NCBI GenBank assembly: GCA_017621755.1
Contig: JAGASL010000061.1
Coordinates: forward strand, 9,705 to 73,704
Length of the DNA stretch: 64,000 nucleotides
Origin: Clostridia bacterium
Lineage (GTDB): Bacteria; Bacillota; Clostridia; Oscillospirales; CAG-272
Reading direction: 5' to 3'
The first letter of the stretch is position 1. Every line of letters begins with the position of its first letter. The position numbers were made by a program, and so were the translations under genes. The notes below the pieces were generated by a model. That model worked only from the letters and a program-made list of their open reading frames with translations. It had not been told where the DNA came from and ran no database searches. Below are positions 48,645-61,088 of the stretch, piece by piece.

Positions 48645-50780
48645 TTAGTCAGCCTTTGCGCGCTTCTTGATGATCTCTTCCTGAATGGACTTCGGAACCT
48701 CAGTAAAGCCATTCGGCTCCATGGCGTAAACGCCACGGCCCTGCGTGCTGGAGCGCAGTGCGGTTGCATAACCGAACATTTCGCCAAGCGGCACGTTGGC
48801 ATTTACCTGCTGGCCACCCGCAACAGGCTCCATCGATTCGATGGCACCACGGCGGGAGTTCAGGTCGCCTACTACGGCACCCATGTAGTCATCCGGGATG
48901 GTTACGCTAACCTTCATGATCGGCTCAAGCAGAACGGGGTTAGCCTTCTTCATAGCTTCCTTGAATGCCATAGAGCCGGCAATCTTGAACGCCATTTCAG
49001 AGGAGTCTACCTCGTGGTAGGAACCATCGTACAGGGTTACCTTCACGTCTACTACGTTGTAGCCTGCCAGAATACCGGTCTGCATAGCACCCTGGATACC
49101 TGCATCAACAGCAGGAATATATTCCTTCGGGATCGCACCGCCGGTAACGGCATTCACGAACTCATAGCCCTTGCCGGACTCGTTCGGCTCAACGGTGATC
49201 TTAACGTGACCGTACTGACCCTTACCACCCGACTGACGGGCGTACTTGGTATCCTGGTCAACCTTCTTGCGAATAGTCTCCTTATAAGCAACCTGCGGGT
49301 TACCAACGTTTGCCTCTACCTTGAATTCACGAAGCAGACGGTCAACGATGATCTCGAGGTGAAGCTCACCCATACCGGCGATGATGGTCTGAGAGGTCTC
49401 ATCATCGGTGTAGGTACGGAAGGTCGGGTCCTCCTCTGCCAGCTTAGCAAGAGCAATACCCATCTTTTCCTGACCGGCCTTGGTCTTGGGCTCGATCGCT
49501 ACACGGATAACCGGCTCCGGGAATTCCATGGATTCCAGGATAACGGGGTACTTCTCATCACAGAAGGTATCGCCCGTGGTGGTGTAACGAACGCCGATAG
49601 CGGCGGCGATATCGCCCGAGTAAACGGTGTCGATATCCTTACGGTCATTAGAGTGCATCTGCAGGATACGACCGAAGCGCTCTTCCTTATCCTTGGAAGA
49701 GTTGTAAACGGCAGAACCCTTATCAAGCGAGCCGGAGTATACGCGGAAGAAGCAGAGCTTGCCCACGAACGGGTCGGTCGCGATCTTGAATGCGAGAGCG
49801 GAGAAGGGCTGATCGTCACCGGCTACGCGCTCTTCCTCCTCGCCGGTCTCCGGGTTTACACCACGGATAGCGGGAATATCGGTAGGAGCGGGCATATAGT
49901 CGATAACGGCATCCAGCATCTTCTGAACGCCCTTGTTCTTGTAAGAGGTACCGCAAACAACGGGAACCAGCTTGTTCGCGATACAAGCAACACGCAGCGC
50001 CTTCTTCAGCTCTTCAACGGAGATCTCGTCACCGTTGCAGTACTTCTCAAAAAGCTCCTCATCGGTCTCGCAGATAGCCTCGATCATGTTGTTATGATAT
50101 TCCTCGGCCATTTCCAGCATGTCTGCGGGGATCTCCTCAACACGCATGTCCTTACCAAGGTCATCATAATACACGTCAGCCTTCATCTCCATGAGGTCGA
50201 TGATGCCGCGGAAGCTGGATTCAGCACCGATCGGGAGCTGAATCGGAACAGGATTGGTATGCAAACGATCCTTCATCATCTGCACGACGCGGAAGAAGTT
50301 TGCACCGGTAATGTCCATTTTATTTACATATGCCATTCTCGGAACGGCATACTTGTCAGCCTGGCGCCAAACGGTCTCAGACTGCGGCTCAACGCCGCCC
50401 TTTGCGCAGAATACCGTAACAGAGCCGTCAAGCACGCGAAGCGAACGCTCAACCTCTACAGTGAAGTCTACGTGGCCGGGGGTATCGATAATATTGATGC
50501 GGTACTGATTGTTCTTCTTGAAATTCGGATCGGTTGCGGCCTTCTCCTGACACGCGGTCGGGATCCAGTAGCAGGTAGTAGCAGCAGAGGTGATGGTAAT
50601 ACCACGCTCCTGCTCCTGTACCATCCAGTCCATAGTAGCAGTACCGTCATGCGTCTCGCCGATGCGGTGGGTCTTACCGGTATAGAACAGGATTCGTTCA
50701 GTAGTGGTCGTTTTACCGGCATCAATGTGAGCCATGATACCGATATTACGTGTCTGAGCAAGCGACACGTCTCTTGCCAT
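48645..50780 (-). CDS. fusA: Elongation factor G
   Basis: 711 aa. [29 protein letters not shown]. Located in the str-operon position. Confidence 0.97.
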   Translation of the reverse strand: MARDVSLAQTRNIGIMAHIDAGKTTTTERILFYTGKTHRIGETHDGTATMDWMVQEQERGITITSAATTCYWIPTACQEKAATDPNFKKNNQYRINIIDTPGHVDFTVEVERSLRVLDGSVTVFCAKGGVEPQSETVWRQADKYAVPRMAYVNKMDITGANFFRVVQMMKDRLHTNPVPIQLPIGAESSFRGIIDLMEMKADVYYDDLGKDMRVEEIPADMLEMAEEYHNNMIEAICETDEELFEKYCNGDEISVEELKKALRVACIANKLVPVVCGTSYKNKGVQKMLDAVIDYMPAPTDIPAIRGVNPETGEEEERVAGDDQPFSALAFKIATDPFVGKLCFFRVYSGSLDKGSAVYNSSKDKEERFGRILQMHSNDRKDIDTVYSGDIAAAIGVRYTTTGDTFCDEKYPVILESMEFPEPVIRVAIEPKTKAGQEKMGIALAKLAEEDPTFRTYTDDETSQTIIAGMGELHLEIIVDRLLREFKVEANVGNPQVAYKETIRKKVDQDTKYARQSGGKGQYGHVKITVEPNESGKGYEFVNAVTGGAIPKEYIPAVDAGIQGAMQTGILAGYNVVDVKVTLYDGSYHEVDSSEMAFKIAGSMAFKEAMKKANPVLLEPIMKVSVTIPDDYMGAVVGDLNSRRGAIESMEPVAGGQQVNANVPLGEMFGYATALRSSTQGRGVYAMEPNGFTEVPKSIQEEIIKKRAKAD

Positions 50781-50811
50781 GTTTTTATCCTCCTTGTTTT
50801 ATAACGGTAAA

Positions 50812-51282
50812 TTAGAATCTGTAGTGAGCGAAAGCCTTGTTCGCTTCAGCCATACGATGGGTTTCTTCCTTCTTCTTGAAAGAACCGCCCATGCCGGCCT
50901 TCGCGTCAAGAATTTCGGCTGCAAGTCTTTCAGCCATCGTCTTTTCACCACGGCTTCTGGAATAGGTGGTGATCCAACGAAGACCAAGGGTCTGGCGGCG
51001 TTCCGCGCGGACCTCCATCGGCACCTGGTAGTTAGAACCGCCTACACGGCGAGCCTTAACCTCCAGTACCGGCATTACGTTCTCAAGAGCAGCCTGGAAT
51101 ACCTCCAGCGCGTTCTGACCGGACTTAGCCTCTACCGTAGCAAAAGCATCGTACACGATCTTCTGAGCAACGCCCTTCTTACCATCCAGCATGATATTAT
51201 TGATCAGCTTGGTTACAAGCTCGGAATTATATACCGGATCCGGCAATACGCTTCTCTTGGAAATCTGACCTCTTCTTGGCAC
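50812..51282 (-). CDS. rpsG: 30S ribosomal protein S7
   Basis: Start moved to the GTG at 51282 (product begins [15 protein letters not shown]), 7-8 nt after AAGGAGGG. The ATG at 51300 overlaps that RBS. Confidence 0.93.
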   Translation of the reverse strand: MPRRGQISKRSVLPDPVYNSELVTKLINNIMLDGKKGVAQKIVYDAFATVEAKSGQNALEVFQAALENVMPVLEVKARRVGGSNYQVPMEVRAERRQTLGLRWITTYSRSRGEKTMAERLAAEILDAKAGMGGSFKKKEETHRMAEANKAFAHYRF

Positions 51283-51435
51283 TGTACTTCCCTCCTTCAT
51301 TAAAATGATGATATCATAGGTACTCGAAAGCGAAACTTCCGTTAGTGCTCGTCAGTCTATTATAATCGGATAAGAAACAACACAATTACAGCACACTGAT
51401 GACGCACAAACATAAGAAATCCCTACGGGATCGCT

Positions 51436-51849
51436 TTACTTCTTGGGACGTTTTGCACCGTACTTGGAGCGTCCCTGCTTGCGGTTTGCAACGCCCTGTG
51501 CGTCCAGCTTACCACGGATAATGTGATAACGAACACCAGGCAGGTCACGTACACGACCACCACGGACCAGAACAACCGAGTGCTCCTGCAGGTTGTGGCC
51601 GATACCGGGGATGTAGGTCGTAGCCTCCATACCGTTGGTCAGACGAACCTTTGCGATCTTACGAAGAGCAGAGTTCGGCTTCTTCGGGCTGGTGGTAGTA
51701 ACCTTCGTGCAAACGCCTCTCTTTTGCGGCGAGCTTTGGTCCGTAGGACGGTTCGTCAGAGTGTTGAAGCCTCTTTGCAGAACCGGGGTCTTGGACTTGT
51801 AAGTCGACTTAGAGCGGCCGTTCTTTACGAGCTGGTTAAAAGTTGGCAT
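51436..51849 (-). CDS. rpsL: 30S ribosomal protein S12
   Basis: Start at the ATG at 51849 ([12 protein letters not shown] ... [10 protein letters not shown] ... [15 protein letters not shown]). Confidence 0.96.
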   Translation of the reverse strand: MPTFNQLVKNGRSKSTYKSKTPVLQRGFNTLTNRPTDQSSPQKRGVCTKVTTTSPKKPNSALRKIAKVRLTNGMEATTYIPGIGHNLQEHSVVLVRGGRVRDLPGVRYHIIRGKLDAQGVANRKQGRSKYGAKRPKK

Positions 51850-52030
51850 GTTTCTCCTCCTTCTTCTCATAATATTTTATATGCGCAGCGCTCTCCAGAA
51901 AAGCGCCGTGATATACACAATTCGGCGAATGGGCATAGTTCACCCCATACGCAGACAACTTATTATATCACTTTGCTTGTAGTATTGTCAAGTGTTTTGT
52001 TAAAAAATCTTCACTTTCTTTTTTATTTGA

Positions 52031-52080
52031 AAAAATTAGAAGGGCTGTGCTACCGGGGTAGCACAGCCCTTGTTTGTTTT
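52031..52080. terminator. Bidirectional rho-independent terminator after rpoC
   Basis: AGGGCTGTGCTAC-cggg-GTAGCACAGCCCT with A-rich and T-rich flanks. Confidence 0.8.
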
Positions 52081-52086
52081 AGAAAA

Positions 52087-55000
52087 TCAAGCCTCGGCCT
52101 CCTCAGCCTCAACCTCGGGAATTTCTTCGACAACAACTGCCTCTTCCTCTACCTGAGCCTCTGCAAAAGCAGTGGTCTCATCAGCGGGAGCGGGGGCTTC
52201 CTTATCATCGATCTCCACGTCACGGTAGCAATCCAGGCCGGTACCGGCAGGGATCAGCTTACCGATGATAACGTTCTCCTTCAGGCCAAGCAGGTGGTCT
52301 ACCTTACCGCGGATGGCGGCCTCGGTCAGCACCTTGGTGGTCTCCTGGAAGGAGGCGGCGGAGAGGAAGGATTCGGTCAGCAGCGAGGCCTTGGTGATAC
52401 CAAGCAGCACGGGAGAAGTCGTTGCCGTGCGCAGCGTATCCTCGCCGGCAGCAATACGGGCCTCAACAGCCTCGTTCTCGGCACGCACCTCCAGAATATC
52501 GACCACGGAGCCGGAGAGCAGACCGGTATCGCCGGCATCCTCTACCTTCACCTTGCGGGTCATCTGGCGGGCAATGACCTCTACGTGCTTATCGTTGGTT
52601 TCAACGTCCTCACCACGGTATACCTTCTGTACCTCGCGGATGATATAATCGTAAGCGGCATCCAGACCGTTGAGACGCAGAACGTCCTGCGGGCTGAGAT
52701 AACCCTCGGTCAGAGCCTGACCGCAGATCACGCTGTCACCATCCTCTACGATCAGGCGCATGCCGAACGGAATATCGTATACGACAGGTGCTAGGTCGCT
52801 TGCGGTGGGGGTAACGGTTACGCGGCTAAGCTTCTTCTCGGTATGGATGCTAACGGTACCGTCTAGCTCGGCCACGATGGCGGTCTTCTTCGGGCGGCGA
52901 GCCTCAAACAGCTCCTCGATTCGCGGCAGACCCTGGGTGATATCCGAGCCTGCAACACCACCGGTATGGAAGGTTCTCATCGTCAGCTGGGTACCCGGCT
53001 CACCGATAGCCTGTGCGGCGATAACGCCGACAGCCTCACCGATGCTGACCTTCTTGCCGGAGGCAAGATCGGCACCGTAGCAGTGGGCGCAGACACCGCG
53101 CTTGGCCATACAACGAAGAATAGAACGAACCTCAAGCTGCTCGATGCCGGCCTTGATGATGGCATCGGCGCTCTCCTCGGTGATCATGGTGTCGGCAGGA
53201 ACGACCACCTCGCCGGTCGTAGGATTGACGGCCGCCTCAATGGTAAATCTGCCAACCAAACGCTCCTTGAAGGATTCAAGCACGTTGTTATCGCTATTGC
53301 GGATCTCGCTGACGATCAGACCGTTGCGAACGCCGCAATCCTCTTCTCTGACGATCACGTCCTGCGAAACGTCTACCAGACGGCGGGTCAGGTAACCCGA
53401 GTCAGCCGTACGAAGAGCGGTATCCGACAGGGACTTACGCGAGCCCTTTGCACCGGTAAAGTACTCCAGCATCGTCAGACCCTCACGGAAGTTTGACTTG
53501 ATCGGGATCTCGATGGTCTTACCGGAGGTAGCGAACATCAGACCGCGCATACCGGCCAGCTGACGCATCTGCTTGGTCGAGCCACGGGCACCGGAGGTAG
53601 CGATCATGTTAATGGCGTTGTAGCGGTCAAAGCCCTCCAGCAGCTTGGCGGTAACGTCCTCGGTTGCCTTTTCCCAGATGCTGATGACCTGCTTATAGCG
53701 CTCCTCATCCGACAGAACACCCTCCTCCTGATAGAGGCGGTTGACCTCCATGACCGATTCCTCGGCCGCGCGGAGGATAGGCGCCTTCTCGGGCGGGATG
53801 GTCATATCGTACACCGAAATGGAGATACCGCTTCGGGTCGAATACTTATAGCCCATTGCCTTGATATCGTCCAGCACGGCAGCAGCCGTGGGGAAGCCGT
53901 GGCAACGAATGCAACGGTCAACGATATCCTTCAGCTTCTTGCTGGTACAAACGAAATCGATCTCCAGATCCAGCAGCTTATCCGGGTCGGTACGGTCAAC
54001 GTAGCCGAGCGACTGCGGGATCTTGCTATTAAAGATCAGACGGCCGAGCGTGGTGTCGATCACCTTGGAATGCATCACGCCGTCGATCTCCTTCTCCATG
54101 CGAACGTGGATAGCGGCATGCATTTCCAGCTGGTGATTTTCATAAGCCATCATGGCCTCGTCAAAGTTGCGGAAGTAACGCCCTTCACCCTTCTCACCGG
54201 CCTTATCCAGCGTGAGGTAGTAGGAGCCAAGCACCATATCCTGAGAAGGAACGGTAACGGCGTGGCCGTTCTGCGGCTTGAGCAGGTTGTTACAGGAAAG
54301 CATCAGGAAGCGCGCCTCTGCCTGCGCCTCAGGCGACAGGGGGAGGTGCACAGGCATCTGGTCACCATCAAAGTCGGCGTTGAAGGCCGAGCAGACCAGC
54401 GGGTGCAGACGAATGGCACGGCCCTCAACCAGCACGGGCTCGAACGCCTGAATAGACAGACGGTGCAGGGTCGGTGCACGGTTCAGAAGCACGGGGTGCT
54501 CGCGAATGACGTATTCGAGTGCATCCCATACGTCTGGGAATACCTTTTCTACCTTCTTCTTCGCATCCTTGATGCTGGTGGCCTTGCCGGTCTCGATCAG
54601 GCGCTTCATAACGAAGGGCTTGAATAGCTCCAGCGCCATCTCCTTCGGCAGACCGCACTGATAGATCTTCAGATCCGGGCCAACGACGATAACCGAACGG
54701 CCAGAATAGTCAACGCGCTTACCCAGCAGGTTCTGACGGAAGCGGCCCTGCTTACCACGCAGCATCTCGGAAAGAGACTTCAGCGGGCGGTTCGAGGCAC
54801 CGGTAACCGGCTTGCCGCGACGGCCGTTATCGATCAGCGCATCTACGAACTCCTGCAGCATGCGCTTCTCGTTGCGGATAATGATCTCCGGCGCGTTCAG
54901 CTCGATCATCTTCTTCAGACGCATGTTACGGGCGATCACGCGGCGGTAGAGCTCGTTCAGGTCAGAGGTGGCAAAGCGGCCGCCATCCAGCTGGATCAAC

Positions 55001-55716
55001 GGGCGCAGATCGGCCGGGATGACCGGCAGCGCCTCAAGGATCATCCACTCCGGGCGGTTGCCGGACTTGCGGAATGCCTCTACGACCTCAAGTCTCTTGA
55101 TAATGCGCAGCTTCTTCTGGCCGTTTGCCTGTGCCAGCTCATCCTTCAGCTGCTTAGAAAGCGCCTCAATATCCAGCTCCTGCAGAAGCTCCTTAACAGC
55201 CTCGGCACCCATGCCAGCCTTGAAATCGTTTTCATACTTCTCGTATGCGGCATCATACTCCACATCGGTCAGAAGCTGCATCTTCTCCAGCGGCGTATTG
55301 CCGGGATCAATGACGATATAACGGGCATAGTAGAGCACCTTCTCCAGAAGGCGAGGCGAGATGTCCAGTAAAAGACCCATTCTGGACGGGATCGCACGGA
55401 AATACCAGATATGCGAGACCGGGCAGGCCAGCTCGATGTGGCCCATACGCTCACGGCGCACCTTCTTGCTGGTGACCTCAACGCCGCACTTCTCGCAAAT
55501 ACGGCCCTTAAAGCGGCCGCGCTTATACTTGCCGCACTGGCATTCCATTTCCTTCATCGGGCCAAAGATGCGCTCGCAGAAAAGGCCATCCCGTTCAGGC
55601 TTGAGTGTGCGGTAGTTGATCGTCTCGGCGCGCGTTACCTCACCGTGCGACCAGCTACGGATCGTTTCGGGAGATGCCAGACCAATTCGGATCGAATCAA
55701 ATACACTTCTTTTCAT
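52087..55716 (-). CDS. rpoC: DNA-directed RNA polymerase subunit beta'
   Basis: Start placed at the ATG at 55716 ([27 protein letters not shown]). NADFDGD catalytic motif. Acidic C-terminal about 35 aa. Confidence 0.97.
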   Translation of the reverse strand: MKRSVFDSIRIGLASPETIRSWSHGEVTRAETINYRTLKPERDGLFCERIFGPMKEMECQCGKYKRGRFKGRICEKCGVEVTSKKVRRERMGHIELACPVSHIWYFRAIPSRMGLLLDISPRLLEKVLYYARYIVIDPGNTPLEKMQLLTDVEYDAAYEKYENDFKAGMGAEAVKELLQELDIEALSKQLKDELAQANGQKKLRIIKRLEVVEAFRKSGNRPEWMILEALPVIPADLRPLIQLDGGRFATSDLNELYRRVIARNMRLKKMIELNAPEIIIRNEKRMLQEFVDALIDNGRRGKPVTGASNRPLKSLSEMLRGKQGRFRQNLLGKRVDYSGRSVIVVGPDLKIYQCGLPKEMALELFKPFVMKRLIETGKATSIKDAKKKVEKVFPDVWDALEYVIREHPVLLNRAPTLHRLSIQAFEPVLVEGRAIRLHPLVCSAFNADFDGDQMPVHLPLSPEAQAEARFLMLSCNNLLKPQNGHAVTVPSQDMVLGSYYLTLDKAGEKGEGRYFRNFDEAMMAYENHQLEMHAAIHVRMEKEIDGVMHSKVIDTTLGRLIFNSKIPQSLGYVDRTDPDKLLDLEIDFVCTSKKLKDIVDRCIRCHGFPTAAAVLDDIKAMGYKYSTRSGISISVYDMTIPPEKAPILRAAEESVMEVNRLYQEEGVLSDEERYKQVISIWEKATEDVTAKLLEGFDRYNAINMIATSGARGSTKQMRQLAGMRGLMFATSGKTIEIPIKSNFREGLTMLEYFTGAKGSRKSLSDTALRTADSGYLTRRLVDVSQDVIVREEDCGVRNGLIVSEIRNSDNNVLESFKERLVGRFTIEAAVNPTTGEVVVPADTMITEESADAIIKAGIEQLEVRSILRCMAKRGVCAHCYGADLASGKKVSIGEAVGVIAAQAIGEPGTQLTMRTFHTGGVAGSDITQGLPRIEELFEARRPKKTAIVAELDGTVSIHTEKKLSRVTVTPTASDLAPVVYDIPFGMRLIVEDGDSVICGQALTEGYLSPQDVLRLNGLDAAYDYIIREVQKVYRGEDVETNDKHVEVIARQMTRKVKVEDAGDTGLLSGSVVDILEVRAENEAVEARIAAGEDTLRTATTSPVLLGITKASLLTESFLSAASFQETTKVLTEAAIRGKVDHLLGLKENVIIGKLIPAGTGLDCYRDVEIDDKEAPAPADETTAFAEAQVEEEAVVVEEIPEVEAEEAEA

Positions 55717-55804
55717 TGATTGTATACCTCTTTCCCCGCATAGCGGGGGAAGCATAATCCCCTCTCGTTAAAGTAATGCTGTGAATGAGTCGGTTGCGGC
55801 TGCC

Positions 55805-58800
55805 TTACAGGTCACCGTCAAAGTCCGGCTCCTCCTCGGCGTATTCTTCCTCATACGCCTCCTCCTCATCATCCGAGAAGGAGAAATCATCATCGTCGCC
55901 TTCCTCTTCCTCGCCATCGGCCTCGTCGTCAACGTCCTCGTCGCGCTCATAGCCGCTGTCAAGTGCTTTTTCCACCTCTTCCAGCGAGTTCATGGTAGGC
56001 ATATCATCGTCAATGAGGTCGGAGAGCTCGATCTCCTCGCCGTTATTATCCAGCACGCGAACGTCCAGCGCCAGCGACTGCAGCTCCTTCACCAGAACCT
56101 TGAAGGATTCGGGAATACCCGGTGTCGGGATATTCTCGCCCTTTACGATCGCCTCGTAGGTCTTGGTACGGCCATTGATATCGTCACTCTTGACCGTCAG
56201 GATCTCCTGCAGCGTGTAAGCGGCACCGTAAGCCTCCAGTGCCCAAACCTCCATCTCGCCGAAGCGCTGGCCACCAAACTGGGCCTTACCGCCGAGAGGC
56301 TGCTGGGTCACGATCGAGTACGGGCCGTTGGAACGGGCGTGGATCTTATCGTCAACCAGATGGTGAAGCTTCAGGTAGTACATGATACCAACGGTAACGG
56401 GGTTATCGAAGGGCTCGCCGGTACGGCCATCGTACAGCGTGGTCTTACCGTCGATCACGCGCACGTCGTGATCCTTGCGGTATTCGGCCAGCTTCTCAGC
56501 ATCACCCTCGATCTCGGCAGGCAAACGCTGCAGATCCTTCTTACCGTTTTCATCGGTTACCTCGATAAAGAGGGCCTTACCCATCACGTTCTCGCCATCG
56601 CGGATCTCACGTGCAAAGCCTGCCTCGCGCATCCACTCTACGATGTCCTTTTCATTGGCACCGTCGAAAACGGGGGTCATGATCTTATAGCCCAGCTTGC
56701 GGGCGGCAAAGCCAAGGTGAACCTCAAGCACCTGACCGATATTCATACGGGAAGGAACGCCCAGCGGGTTTAGCACGATATCCAGCGGCGTACCGTCGGC
56801 AAGGAACGGCATATCCTCCGGCGGTAGGATGCGCGAAACGACACCCTTGTTACCGTGACGGCCTGCCATCTTATCACCAACCGAGATCTTTCTCTTCTGT
56901 GCCACGTATACGCGAACCACCTTGTTCACGCCGGGGGCCAGATCCTCGGAATTGGTGCGGTCAAACGTCTTAACGTCTACAATAATACCCGATTCGCCGT
57001 GCGGCAGGCGAAGCGAGGAATCACGCACCTCGCGTGCCTTTTCACCAAAGATGGCGCGCAGCAGGCGCTCCTCGGGCGTCAGCTCGGTCTCGCCCTTGGG
57101 GGAAACCTTACCAACCAGAATATCACCGGCATGCACCTCGGTACCCAGACGAACGATACCCTCGGCATCCAGATCCTTCAGGGCATCCTCGCCCACGTTC
57201 GGGATCTCACGGGTGATCTCTTGCGGGCCAAGCTTAGTATCACGTGCCTCGATCGAATACTCCTCAATGTGAATAGAGGTGTACACGTCGTCACGCACCA
57301 GGCGCTCGTTCAGCAGAACGGCGTCCTCGTAGTTATAGCCCTCCCAGGTCATGAAGCCGATCAAGGCATTCTTACCCAGCGAAATCTCACCGTTCGCGGT
57401 AGCGGGACCATCGGCAATGACCTGGCCCTTCTCTACTCGCTCACCAACCTCTACGATCGGACGGTGGTTCACGCAGGTGCCCTGGTTCGAGCGCTTAAAC
57501 TTGATCAGCGTATAGGTATCCTTGCGGCCGTTATCGGTCACGATCACGATCTGCGAGGATTCTACGCGCTCAACAACGCCGCCCTCGGCAGCCACGATCA
57601 CGGCGCCCGAGTCTACGGCGGCCTTGTACTCCATACCGGTAGCAACGATCGGCGATTCGGTCATCATCAGCGGCACAGCCTGCTTCTGCATGTTCGAGCC
57701 CATCAGCGCACGAGTGTTATCGTCGTTCTCAAGGAACGGAATGCATGCGGTAGCGACCGAAACGACCATACGAGGAGAAGCATCCATGTAGTCGATCTTC
57801 TCGCGATCTACCTCTAAGATCTCGGCTCTCTCGCGGGCGATAACGCGGCGGTTGATAAAGCGGCCGGTCTCATCCAGCGGCTCGTTTGCCTGGGCGATGA
57901 TGTAGTTATCCTCTACGTCACCGGTCATATATTCGATTTCATTGGTAACGATGCCGGTCTCCTTGTCCACCTTGCGATAGGGGGCCTCAAGGAAGCCGTA
58001 ATCGTTGATACGGGCATAGGTAGCGAGGTAGGAGATCAGACCGATGTTCGGGCCTTCAGGCGTCTCTACCGGGCACATTCTGCCGTAGTGCGTATAGTGC
58101 ACGTCACGCACCTCGAAGGAGGCGCGGTCGCGGGACAGACCGCCGGGGCCGAGAGCCGACAAACGGCGCTTGTGCGTCAGCTCTGCCAGGGGGTTGTTCT
58201 GATCCATAAACTGAGAAAGCGGCGAGGAGCCGAAGAACTCGCGGATGGCGGTAGCCACCGGGCGGGTGTTGATCAGCGCCTGCGGGGTCATTTCCTCAGA
58301 ATCGTGTACCGACATGCGCTCCTTGATGTTCTTATCCATCCGGGCAAAGCCAATGCGCATCTGGTTCTGCAGCAGCTCACCAACAGAGCGCAGACGGCGG
58401 TTGCCAAGGTGGTCGATATCATCAAAGCTGCCCACGCCGTGGGTCAGGTTCAAGAGATAGTTGATAGAAGCAAAGATATCGTTTTTGGTGATATGCTTCG
58501 GGCACAGCTCGTCGGCACGGGCCATTACCTCACGCTTAATGGCGGTGGCGCGATCCTCCTCGCTCATCAGCGGGTTCTCCTCTGCCACCTGATCCATGAT
58601 CTCGCGCAGCACGCTGTAGCGCACGCGCTCGCTCAGGCCGCAATCGGCCAGGTCATAGCCAAGGATCCATTCCGGCTTCACGGTGCCGTTGCTAAATACG
58701 CGAACGGTGCGACCGTGCTCGGTCAGAATATCCACCTCATTCACGGCGGCATGCTCGATCTCCTTGGCCAGCTCGCGGGTCAGGCGAGCGCCAGCCTCGG

Positions 58801-59737
58801 CGATCACCTCGCCGGTCAGGGGGCTGACGACAGTCTGCGCCAGGGTATGACCCTGAATGCGGCGACCGATGGCCAGCTTCTTATCATATTTATAACGGCC
58901 TACGTTGGCCAGGTCATAGCGCTTGGGATCAAAGAAGAGGTTGTTGATCAGGATCTGGGCGCTCTCTACCAGCGGCGGCTCGCCGGGGCGGAGCTTCTTG
59001 TAGATCTCCTTCAGCGCCTCTTCACCCAGGGTGCATCTGCTTTCAGCGGCCAGCAGCGCACACTCGTCCTTGGCAAAGGTAGCGTTAATAATGTCCTCTT
59101 CACCAAACAGGCGCAGAATATCCTCATCGGTCTCCTCGCCCAAGGCACGAATCAGAACGGTGATCGGAATCTTTCTGGTTTTATCGATCTTGACGTAGAA
59201 AACGTCGCTGGCATCGGTCTCGTATTCCAGCCATGCGCCGCGATACGGAATCACCGTAGCGGTGTAGCTGTGCTTACCGGTCTTATCCACCGTGCTATCA
59301 TAATAGATACCGGGGGAACGAACCAGCTGCGAAACGATAACGCGCTCTGCACCGTTGATCACAAAGGTGCCGTTTTCGGTCATGAGCGGGAAATTGCCCA
59401 TAAAGATCTCAGACTGCTTGACCTCACCCGTTTGCTTGTTGGTCAGGCGTACCTCTACGCGCAGCGGTGCATCGTAGGTCACGTCTCTGTCCTTACACTC
59501 CTCTACGGGATAACGGGGGTTTTGCAGATCCAACGTGTAGTTGACGAACTCGATCGACAGATTGCCGGAGTAGTCAACGATCGGAGAAACATCACGAAGA
59601 ACCTCTTTCATGCCTACGTCCAGGAACCACTGAAAGGACTTCTTCTGAACCTCAATAAGGTTTGGCATCTCCAGTGCTTCGTCGATCTTAGAAAAGCTCA
59701 TGCGCACATTTTTGCCAAGCTTTTGGGGCTTTACCAT
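55805..59737 (-). CDS. rpoB: DNA-directed RNA polymerase subunit beta, with a poly-acidic C-terminal tail
   Basis: Start at the ATG at 59737 (an alternative ATG at 59758 is possible). N-terminus [31 protein letters not shown]. The last roughly 50 residues are almost entirely D/E. Confidence 0.96.
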   Translation of the reverse strand: MVKPQKLGKNVRMSFSKIDEALEMPNLIEVQKKSFQWFLDVGMKEVLRDVSPIVDYSGNLSIEFVNYTLDLQNPRYPVEECKDRDVTYDAPLRVEVRLTNKQTGEVKQSEIFMGNFPLMTENGTFVINGAERVIVSQLVRSPGIYYDSTVDKTGKHSYTATVIPYRGAWLEYETDASDVFYVKIDKTRKIPITVLIRALGEETDEDILRLFGEEDIINATFAKDECALLAAESRCTLGEEALKEIYKKLRPGEPPLVESAQILINNLFFDPKRYDLANVGRYKYDKKLAIGRRIQGHTLAQTVVSPLTGEVIAEAGARLTRELAKEIEHAAVNEVDILTEHGRTVRVFSNGTVKPEWILGYDLADCGLSERVRYSVLREIMDQVAEENPLMSEEDRATAIKREVMARADELCPKHITKNDIFASINYLLNLTHGVGSFDDIDHLGNRRLRSVGELLQNQMRIGFARMDKNIKERMSVHDSEEMTPQALINTRPVATAIREFFGSSPLSQFMDQNNPLAELTHKRRLSALGPGGLSRDRASFEVRDVHYTHYGRMCPVETPEGPNIGLISYLATYARINDYGFLEAPYRKVDKETGIVTNEIEYMTGDVEDNYIIAQANEPLDETGRFINRRVIARERAEILEVDREKIDYMDASPRMVVSVATACIPFLENDDNTRALMGSNMQKQAVPLMMTESPIVATGMEYKAAVDSGAVIVAAEGGVVERVESSQIVIVTDNGRKDTYTLIKFKRSNQGTCVNHRPIVEVGERVEKGQVIADGPATANGEISLGKNALIGFMTWEGYNYEDAVLLNERLVRDDVYTSIHIEEYSIEARDTKLGPQEITREIPNVGEDALKDLDAEGIVRLGTEVHAGDILVGKVSPKGETELTPEERLLRAIFGEKAREVRDSSLRLPHGESGIIVDVKTFDRTNSEDLAPGVNKVVRVYVAQKRKISVGDKMAGRHGNKGVVSRILPPEDMPFLADGTPLDIVLNPLGVPSRMNIGQVLEVHLGFAARKLGYKIMTPVFDGANEKDIVEWMREAGFAREIRDGENVMGKALFIEVTDENGKKDLQRLPAEIEGDAEKLAEYRKDHDVRVIDGKTTLYDGRTGEPFDNPVTVGIMYYLKLHHLVDDKIHARSNGPYSIVTQQPLGGKAQFGGQRFGEMEVWALEAYGAAYTLQEILTVKSDDINGRTKTYEAIVKGENIPTPGIPESFKVLVKELQSLALDVRVLDNNGEEIELSDLIDDDMPTMNSLEEVEKALDSGYERDEDVDDEADGEEEEGDDDDFSFSDDEEEAYEEEYAEEEPDFDGDL

Positions 59738-59856
59738 GCCATAATCACTCCATTCCATGTATTTTTCGCGCCGTTTACCTATTTATTATAGGGCTTTGCG
59801 CGTGCCGAAAAAGCGCAAAAAACCCTAAAAAATAGGCAATTATAATGCAGTTTACT

Positions 59857-59885
59857 ATTATATCATCGAAAACAAGGCCTGTCAA
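59857..59885 (-). promoter_or_regulatory. Sigma-A type promoter of rpoBC
   Basis: Minus strand TTGACA (59885-59880), 17 nt, TATAAT (59862-59857). Leader of about 110 nt. Confidence 0.65.
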
Positions 59886-60128
59886 CACTTTTTTGGCAAA
59901 AAATTGAACATAATATTTTTTTATAGAGCCATACAAAAATATAATTGTCGTTTCTGATGAAATTTGCCGCTGCCGGCTTTTATTTTCAGTCAAAGCGGCT
60001 ATAGGGCGACGGCAGGCCTTCCCCCTGCCCTTTTTCCAAAAACGGTTTATTTTTTCCTGTTTAGGACTTTTGAAATTGGTTTTTCTCGAAAAAATATCCA
60101 CTTTTGGAAAATTTTTTTGCAAAACCTC

Positions 60129-60157
60129 TTTACAAACGAAAAAAGATATGCTACAAT
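60129..60157 (+). promoter_or_regulatory. Sigma-A type promoter of the XRE/S24 repressor gene
   Basis: TTTACA (60129-60134), 17 nt, TGcTACAAT (60149-60157). Confidence 0.55.
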
Positions 60158-60187
60158 GGTGCCAAAGAAACCGAAAGGAGATGCACC

Positions 60188-60937
60188 ATGAGCTTTGCAG
60201 ACCGTGTAAAACTGTTAAAAAGTGAGAGATCGATGACGAGCGAGCAGCTCAGCCGCGAAAGCGGTATTCCCTTAGGCACCTTGACCAAGATCCTTTCCGG
60301 CGCGACGGGCGAGCCCAAGCTTTCGGTAGCGCTGGCGATCGCCGAGGCGTTTGATTGCCCCATTGGCCTGCTGCTGGATGGCGAGGGGCATTTTACCGAC
60401 ACCCTGCGCGAGGAGGAGTGCCGCTTGGTCAAGCGCTACCGCCGCCTGGACGAGGGCGGGCGCGAGCTGGTGGACATGGTGATCGACAAGGAGATTTCCC
60501 GCATGGAGAGCGCCGGCACGGTGCCCGAAATTGCAGAGGCAGAGGAGATTCGTATGCTGACCCTTCCTTTATATATGCTGCCGGTATCCGCCGGCCGCGG
60601 TACCTTCCTTGATGACAGCGGCTTTTGCGAGTCGATCGAGGTGCGCGCCACGCGCGTCTCTCTTGGGGCTGATTACGCCTTGCGCGTCAGCGGTAACAGC
60701 ATGGAGCCGAAGTTTACCGAGGGCGATATTCTGTTAGTCAAGCGGCAGAACGCGGTGGATATTGGCGACCTGGGTATTTTCGTGGCAGACGGCGAGGGCT
60801 ACTTCAAGCGCTTCACCGGCAAGAGCCTGCGCTCCTACAACCCCGCCTACCAGGATATTCCGATCTCAAACTTTGCCGAGTTTCGTTGCTGCGGCAAGGT
60901 GATCGGCCGCATGCGCCAGCGCAAGGTGGCTGTATAA
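60188..60937 (+). CDS. XRE-family HTH + S24 (LexA/CI-like) peptidase-domain repressor
   Basis: Start moved to the ATG at 60188 after an AAAGGAG RBS. HTH SEQLSRESGIPLGTLTKILSG. The C-terminal S24 domain has VSGNSMEP (Ser nucleophile context) and GYFKRF (Lys context). Confidence 0.82.
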   Translation: MSFADRVKLLKSERSMTSEQLSRESGIPLGTLTKILSGATGEPKLSVALAIAEAFDCPIGLLLDGEGHFTDTLREEECRLVKRYRRLDEGGRELVDMVIDKEISRMESAGTVPEIAEAEEIRMLTLPLYMLPVSAGRGTFLDDSGFCESIEVRATRVSLGADYALRVSGNSMEPKFTEGDILLVKRQNAVDIGDLGIFVADGEGYFKRFTGKSLRSYNPAYQDIPISNFAEFRCCGKVIGRMRQRKVAV

Positions 60938-61088
60938 CCCTCATACCTATCGAATGGGAAAGCTACGCACCCCGCTTTCCCGTTCTCTTCCCCCCTCACG
61001 GCGGCCGCCCTCCGGCCGCCGGTTTTTATTTGACAAATCTCCCATTCCGTGCTACAATATAAAAAATTGCGAAAAAAGGAGCCACACC

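Noticed and set aside
47358-50804. A 1148-codon open frame on the + strand spanning tuf, the tuf-fusA spacer and fusA.
   Set aside because: It is antisense to two unmistakable, highly conserved genes (EF-Tu, EF-G). It has no RBS, and its product is low-complexity, rich in Leu/Val/Gly/Thr/Asn. This is the typical stop-free shadow frame of GC3-rich, codon-biased genes.
55781-59791. Several long + strand ORFs (330, 320 and 567 aa) over rpoB. Similar ones lie over rpoC (52966-54627), proS (33639-34874, minus strand), the giant gene (18392-20155) and the ABC operon (14296-16576).
   Set aside because: All are antisense to genes with strong family signatures. They lack RBSs and have the repetitive G/A/V/L/R composition of GC-rich antisense frames.
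59775-60122. A 115-aa minus-strand ORF in the rpoB / XRE-repressor intergenic region.
   Set aside because: It lies in an AT-rich promoter region and overlaps the rpoB promoter and leader. It has no RBS, and its K/F/I-rich composition reflects AT content rather than coding.
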